The notes under the pieces are model-generated. The model made no database searches. It was not told the origin of the DNA and was given only the letters and a program-made list of their open reading frames with translations. From Cyanobacteriota bacterium (GTDB lineage Bacteria; Cyanobacteriota; Vampirovibrionia; Vampirovibrionales; Vampirovibrionaceae), in contig JAIEMW010000001.1 of the NCBI GenBank assembly GCA_019751815.1, positions 65,564 through 129,563 of the forward strand: 64,000 nucleotides of DNA, written 5' to 3'. A program made the translations under genes and the position numbers. Positions 59,690-64,000 of the stretch are shown here, piece by piece (positions within the stretch are counted from its first letter, which is position 1; each line of letters begins with the position of its first letter).

Positions 59690-60781
59690 TTACACGCTAT
59701 TCGGGTAGAGGGCACCGTCTTGTTCGGATAATTCTGCCCGGTTGAGGGTGATATCACTCGTGCTTAAAGACACTTTGTTGGTGAGGCCCGCATCGTCCAG
59801 TAGTGTTGCGAGATCGGCTTTGTCGCTCAAGGAGGCTACTTGAGAGTTGATGCTGGTAACATCGGCGTCAATGGGTCGAATGGTATTGCGACCAGGGACT
59901 TTATATCCCAAGAGCTCCAGAAGTTTCTTCATATAGGTTTTATTCGCCCCAGTGTTGCTGGTGTAGCCTTTGTTTAAAGTGCTTAGCGAGAATAAACGAA
60001 GCCGAACTGAATTGGGGTCCGTATTTTTGCTTTGGCGTCCAAAAAATAAGGTCATCTCTTCAACCGGCTTGTTGTCTTTAAACAAACCCTTTTGCGCAAT
60101 GGTGTCTGCCAGGGTCTGACGCGCTGCGGGTTTTAGATCAGTAATTAACTTGTTGGTGAAGACATCTTCAGGTTCAATCACGTTGGACTGAACCAAATCG
60201 CGAATGATGGGCACCAATTGCCCCGTCAATGTGGAGCGGCCGCGTGTCAGCAAGTATTGCAGGCCGTCCGTTAGTCCCGCTTTGCTAATGGATTTATCGG
60301 CCAAGGCATCTTTAATGGTATCAACAGCAGATTTATCGGTATCACCTGAGATGATCTGGCGAATCAAATCTGTTGCCGCTTTGCGAGGGGCTGTGGAATC
60401 AATGGGTGGGGTCGACGGGTCGCAGTTGGGGTCGATGGGGAAGGGAAACGGGGAGTAATACCCGGGGTTCCAATCATTCCAGCCAGTGCCGGGGAAGCCC
60501 CCGCCAGGGAAACCGCCGCCACCGGGAAATCCAGGAAACTGATTTTGAGGAAACAAGGGCTGGCCAGGGGGAAGGGTTCTCACATTCGATTGCACCAACT
60601 GGACGATGAGAGACATAAACATCATCATCATCATCTGGGTTTGATCCGACCCATTGTTGTTATTGTTGTTGCTACCAACAGTGCCGCCGAGTGTTCCATT
60701 TTGGGACTGGCGCAGAATATCTTGAGTGGCCTTATAGTGTCCTCCCAAGATCTGGTTGTAATAGTTGGCATTAAAACTCAT
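59690..60781 (-). CDS. low-complexity Q/N/G/P-rich protein (poly-Asn, poly-Met, GGFPGGGFPG repeats) of unknown function
   Basis: 363 aa: ...GSNNNNNNGSDQTQMMMMMFMSLIVQLVQ...FPGFPGGGGFPGGGFPGTGWNDWNPGYYSPFPFP.... The C-terminal half is of ordinary composition. Same strand as, and downstream of, aroC. Confidence 0.5.
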   Translation of the reverse strand: MSFNANYYNQILGGHYKATQDILRQSQNGTLGGTVGSNNNNNNGSDQTQMMMMMFMSLIVQLVQSNVRTLPPGQPLFPQNQFPGFPGGGGFPGGGFPGTGWNDWNPGYYSPFPFPIDPNCDPSTPPIDSTAPRKAATDLIRQIISGDTDKSAVDTIKDALADKSISKAGLTDGLQYLLTRGRSTLTGQLVPIIRDLVQSNVIEPEDVFTNKLITDLKPAARQTLADTIAQKGLFKDNKPVEEMTLFFGRQSKNTDPNSVRLRLFSLSTLNKGYTSNTGANKTYMKKLLELLGYKVPGRNTIRPIDADVTSINSQVASLSDKADLATLLDDAGLTNKVSLSTSDITLNRAELSEQDGALYPNSV

Positions 60782-60856
60782 AGTATGTGATACCCTCCGG
60801 CTGTTTGCTCGAAATAGCTCTCGCTCTCTAACCTGAATATGAGAACGTATCGACCA

Positions 60857-60865
60857 GGGGGGGGG
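60857..60865. repeat. homopolymeric G9 (C9 on the coding strand of the downstream gene) tract
   Basis: ccaGGGGGGGGGatact, about 75-85 nt upstream of the start codon of the low-complexity protein. Confidence 0.9.
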
Positions 60866-60906
60866 ATACTTTGGGAGGCGTCAAACTTATTACAAAAACG
60901 TTACGT

Positions 60907-62139
60907 TTAGGTTTGTTTTGCAGCTCCACGCTTCAGCCGGGTGTGATAATGCTGCCAGCTGGCGAAGAGGTCTTCCCAGCAATCGGCGCCAAATTTTTCC
61001 AGAACGGCGTTGGCCAAAACCCAGGCCGTCATCGCTTCTGCCACCACCCCGCAGGCAGGCACTGCGGTGACATCCGATCGTTCAAAATGACCAGGCTCTG
61101 GTGCCATGGTCTCCAAATTCACACTGTCCAAAGGCACGCGCAAAGTAGATAGTGGCTTCATTTCCAGTTGAAGGAGTATCGGCATCCCATTACTCATTCC
61201 GCCTTCAATGCCTCCAGCATGGTTACTGCGCCTGGTTATTGCTAAATCATCGGGGTTAACGTCTATGGCATCTTGATACTGACTTCCCTGGGTGCTCACT
61301 GGCGAGGTTCCGTCGCCCAGAGTAACGTTTTTCACCGCATGGATACTTATCAACGCTTGTGCCAATTGACCGTCCAGACGTTTATCCCACTGGGTGTAAC
61401 TGCCCAGCCCGGGAGGCACGCCAATCGCAAGCACCTCAATACGTCCGCCAAGGGTGTCACCGGCTTTGTGGACGGTGTCAATATAGGCAATCACCTCTTG
61501 GGTCTCTGCACTGTCCCAGAGACTGCGCAGGGGGTTTGCATCGCTTTGTGCGACAAAATCTTGCCACTGAAGTTCTTGCCAATTATGTTTTGACGCCTGA
61601 GCTGCTTTTCCCGTAAAACTGCCCATTTGTATCACGTGGCTGTGAATACGAATCCCCAAAGGCGTCAGTAGACATTGAGCCAAAGCACCGGCTGCCACAC
61701 GGGCGGCAGTTTCTCTGGCACTGGCCCGCTCAAGCACATCGCGTAAATCCCGGTGGTTATATTTCCAGTATCCGGCCAAATCGGCATGGCCAGGACGTGG
61801 TCGGCTGTAGGACTTGCTGTCTGTGGCCGCTTTGGCCGCACTAGAGTCAGGCAAACTTTCGATCGGCTCTGGGCTCATCACGCCTTCCCAGGCCGGGAAA
61901 TCTTTATTTTCAATCCAGAGAGTAATCGGCGCCCCCGTGCTCAGCCCATGACGAACACCAGACAGAATAGAGACGGTGTCTTTCTCAATTTTCATGCGAG
62001 GGCCGCGTCCGTAGCCCAGTTGTCTGCGGGCCAGGTGATTATTAATCGCTTCTGCCAGCACCGCAATACCAGCAGGAAAACCGTCCACAATGACGGTAAG
62101 CCCTTTGCCGTGGGATTCTCCCCCCGTTAAAAAACGCAT
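60907..62139 (-). CDS. aroC: chorismate synthase
   Basis: MRFLTGGESHGKGLTVIVDGFPAG, GRSSARETA-like ARETAARVAAGA and the SNHAGGIEGG-type GGIEGGMSNG motifs. Confidence 0.9.
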   Translation of the reverse strand: MRFLTGGESHGKGLTVIVDGFPAGIAVLAEAINNHLARRQLGYGRGPRMKIEKDTVSILSGVRHGLSTGAPITLWIENKDFPAWEGVMSPEPIESLPDSSAAKAATDSKSYSRPRPGHADLAGYWKYNHRDLRDVLERASARETAARVAAGALAQCLLTPLGIRIHSHVIQMGSFTGKAAQASKHNWQELQWQDFVAQSDANPLRSLWDSAETQEVIAYIDTVHKAGDTLGGRIEVLAIGVPPGLGSYTQWDKRLDGQLAQALISIHAVKNVTLGDGTSPVSTQGSQYQDAIDVNPDDLAITRRSNHAGGIEGGMSNGMPILLQLEMKPLSTLRVPLDSVNLETMAPEPGHFERSDVTAVPACGVVAEAMTAWVLANAVLEKFGADCWEDLFASWQHYHTRLKRGAAKQT

Positions 62140-62157
62140 TACGGGGAACGAAGCCGC

Positions 62158-62352
62158 TTAACCGGCGCGACGAATTTTGTTAGCCCGAATACAGCCGGTA
62201 CAAACGCGCATCCGTTTTTCGGAACCGTTGGGCAATACCACCCGGCAGGATTGCAGGTTGGGCTGTTGGAAATAACGGTGATGCTTGTTGGAGAAGCAAA
62301 TCTTGTTGGACTTGTTACGGCGTTTACCGCAGACTTCGCAGACACTGGCCAT
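62158..62352 (-). CDS. rpmB: 50S ribosomal protein L28
   Basis: MASVCEVCGKRRNKSNKICFSNKHHRYFQQPNLQS.RV...KRMRVCTGCIR fits L28 (M..VC.V.GKR...N..S..N....R.F.PNLQ). The overlapping alternate-frame ORF 62139..62345 was rejected. Confidence 0.8.
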   Translation of the reverse strand: MASVCEVCGKRRNKSNKICFSNKHHRYFQQPNLQSCRVVLPNGSEKRMRVCTGCIRANKIRRAG

Positions 62353-62540
62353 GGGTGAAAATCCTAGCTTATGACTATCATTAATGAATAGACTGATTCA
62401 TTCAGAATGGGGCCATTAAACCATTAACCCGCACGCTTGACAACATGAGCTCAGATCAAGGCGGCGAAATCCTGGAATAAAAACAAGCTGGACTAATACA
62501 GCCTAGGGGAAACTATTCTAAGCATCAAGCATTAAACATC

Positions 62541-62593
62541 AAGCGGCCCGTGGTGCTTTGCCATAACCATATGGCGCACGACACGGGCCGCTT
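62541..62593. other. long perfect inverted repeat (12-bp GC-rich stem, 29-nt loop containing an inner GCCATATGGC palindrome)
   Basis: AAGCGGCCCGTG...CACGGGCCGCTT lies in the 690-bp ORF-free region between rpmB and rph. No U-tract follows on either strand. Confidence 0.5.
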
Positions 62594-63043
62594 CATACAA
62601 GACGTTAACCGAAAAAACTAAAAAATGCTGGGTGCTCGACTCCTTTCTCACTCTTCATTACTTTTCTCTCAAACTTAATTTCAGTCAGTGATTGTGCGGG
62701 CCTCCTTTCTATTCTGAGTTGTGGGTCAGGAATAGTGTGTGTGAGACTCATGACCAAATTAAAAGCCTAAAAACCCGTCCTTTCTGCTCTGTATCGAACC
62801 ATTTTCAAAACGTTGGCGACATTCGACTCACAAGAAAATAAAAACAATCTTAAGACTCGAATTGCGCTATTTCCTGCTGGCTGCAAGACTCTGTTACAAA
62901 GCCCTGATGCATTGTATTTATGAAGCGCTTTTAATCTAAGCATTCTAATGAATGTGCTCTGGGTGTTCCGTCCCGGGGGTGTTATGATAAACGTCCTTAT
63001 TTTTTAGAGTCCACTCTTCTGGTTCAGGAGTCACGCATTCACT

Positions 63044-63844
63044 ATGGCCAAATCACCGGCAAAATCAGCAGAACCCCAGCCTGTTATCTCAGAAAACCAA
63101 GGCCGTCCGGACGGTCGAGATTCAAAAACCCTACGACCCGTTAAAATACAACGCCACTTCACCAAACATGCCCACGGCTCTGTATTGATTGAAACCGGTG
63201 ATACCCGGGTTTTGGTGACGGCATCTGTGGAAGAGCGAGTCCCACGACATGTGTTTCACAGTGGCAATGATAATGCAGGCTGGATTACGGCAGAATACGC
63301 CTTGCTTCCCGGATCGACCAACACACGCAGTAATCGAGAGCGGCTGAAAGTTTCCGGCCGTACCACAGAAATTCAACGGCTGATTGGCCGCTGCTTGCGG
63401 GCCAGTTTTGATCTCAGCCGGCTGGGCCAACGCACGATTACCGTTGATGCAGACGTGCTTCAAGCGGATGCAGGAACCCGTGTGGCAGCTATTACGGGCG
63501 CCTATGTGGCCGTGGTGGATGCATTAAGAAAACTTCAGGCTGAAGGGCATTACCAGGGCGAACCGGGACAAGATTATGGCGGGCTGCCGATCTTATCGCC
63601 CATTGCCGCGGTGAGTGTGGGCGTGATTGACGGTGATGTGCGCTTGGATCTTACCTACGAAGAGGATTCCAACGCGGATGTGGATGCCAATATTGTGATG
63701 AATGCCCGTGGGGAGCTGATTGAGTTTCAGGCCTCTACCGAAGGAAAACCCTTTTCCCGCGTTCTGATGACTGACATGTTGGATGTTGCTGAATCGGGTA
63801 TCCAATCGCTCCTAAAGGCTCAAGAAGCCGCTCTAAGCGACTAA
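63044..63844 (+). CDS. rph: ribonuclease PH
   Basis: RPDGR...LRPV, GSVLIETGDTRVLVTASVEE, GWITAEYALLPGSTNTRSNRE and DADVLQADAGTR are RNase PH blocks. The N-terminal roughly 20 aa may be an over-extension. Confidence 0.88.
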   Translation: MAKSPAKSAEPQPVISENQGRPDGRDSKTLRPVKIQRHFTKHAHGSVLIETGDTRVLVTASVEERVPRHVFHSGNDNAGWITAEYALLPGSTNTRSNRERLKVSGRTTEIQRLIGRCLRASFDLSRLGQRTITVDADVLQADAGTRVAAITGAYVAVVDALRKLQAEGHYQGEPGQDYGGLPILSPIAAVSVGVIDGDVRLDLTYEEDSNADVDANIVMNARGELIEFQASTEGKPFSRVLMTDMLDVAESGIQSLLKAQEAALSD

Positions 63845-63858
63845 TTTTGAGATCACCG

Positions 63859-64000
63859 AATGAACTCACAGGCCCCCCTTACTAAACGGATGGACAATAT
63901 CCAAAGACCCAAAGGCACGCAGGATATTCTGCCGGGTAGCGCTGGAGCGCCTGCACACGGGAGTTTATCTCATATCTCACTTTGGCAATGGATTGAGGCC
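63859..64000 (+). CDS. hisS: probable histidine--tRNA ligase, N-terminal fragment (runs off the window)
   Basis: IQRPKGTQDILPG resembles the HisS N-terminal motif (I..RG..D.LP). Confidence 0.4.

Noticed and set aside
62139-62345. 68-aa alternate-frame ORF overlapping rpmB
   Set aside because: The other frame (62158..62352) gives a recognisable L28 sequence; this ORF is a shadow.

Overview
The window looks like a chromosomal segment from a diderm bacterium of moderate GC content. Gene density is high and there are no rRNA genes, CRISPR arrays, transposases or integrases.

Main contents, in order:
- A partial response-regulator gene at the left edge, then an S-layer-homology (SLH) protein.
- A small stress-type islet: a LuxR/NarL-type response regulator flanked by an lmo0937-like membrane protein, glycine-zipper proteins and a YflT/DUF1269-like protein.
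- A ThiF/MoeB-rhodanese gene that converges on a thiC-thiO-thiS-thiG operon. The operon is preceded by a clear TPP riboswitch on the minus strand.
- Between thiF and thiG, a 1.4-kb insert bracketed by a 305-bp, roughly 97%-identical direct duplication. The insert carries a DUF417 membrane-protein gene with a textbook sigma70 promoter and a decayed alpha/beta-hydrolase pseudogene.
- A secreted Het-C/PLC-like domain protein, a spermidine-synthase-like gene, and a czcCAB-type heavy-metal RND efflux triad (outer-membrane factor, CzcA-like pump, periplasmic adaptor).
- A GT39/ArnT-like membrane protein, a soluble tandem-GAF methyl-accepting chemotaxis protein, an SDR oxidoreductase, tRNA-Val(TAC), a 5-formyl-THF cyclo-ligase and an XRE regulator.
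- A fused pilM-pilN gene plus pilO, with no pilP or pilQ nearby; TPR proteins; a fused TIGR03960/TIGR03936 radical-SAM gene directly upstream of RNase E.
- A pair of thioredoxin-fold redox proteins, a LeuA-family synthase and ComEA.
- A minus-strand unit of a giant TamB/AsmA-like protein, a tiny Q/N-rich protein and a cytoplasmic-looking matrixin metalloprotease.
- TatA, a Fur-family regulator, an orphan TadE-like protein, a Wzz/GumC-like protein without a Walker A motif, and coaE.
- Transporters (YhhQ-like, PiT, DedA, APC amino-acid permease), a Sel1-like protein and an amidohydrolase.
- A Q/N/G/P-rich, poly-Met low-complexity protein whose promoter region contains a G9 tract.
- aroC, rpmB, a 690-bp ORF-free gap with a long hairpin, rph, and a partial hisS at the right edge.

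The findings worth a second look are: the duplication-flanked insert in the thiamine locus; the TamB-like/QN-peptide/matrixin unit; the G9 tract with low-complexity and Sel1-like proteins; the Het-C-like secreted protein; the fused PilMN with no pilP or pilQ nearby; and the tandem-GAF soluble chemoreceptor.

All functional calls rest on motif recognition by eye; no database search was run.
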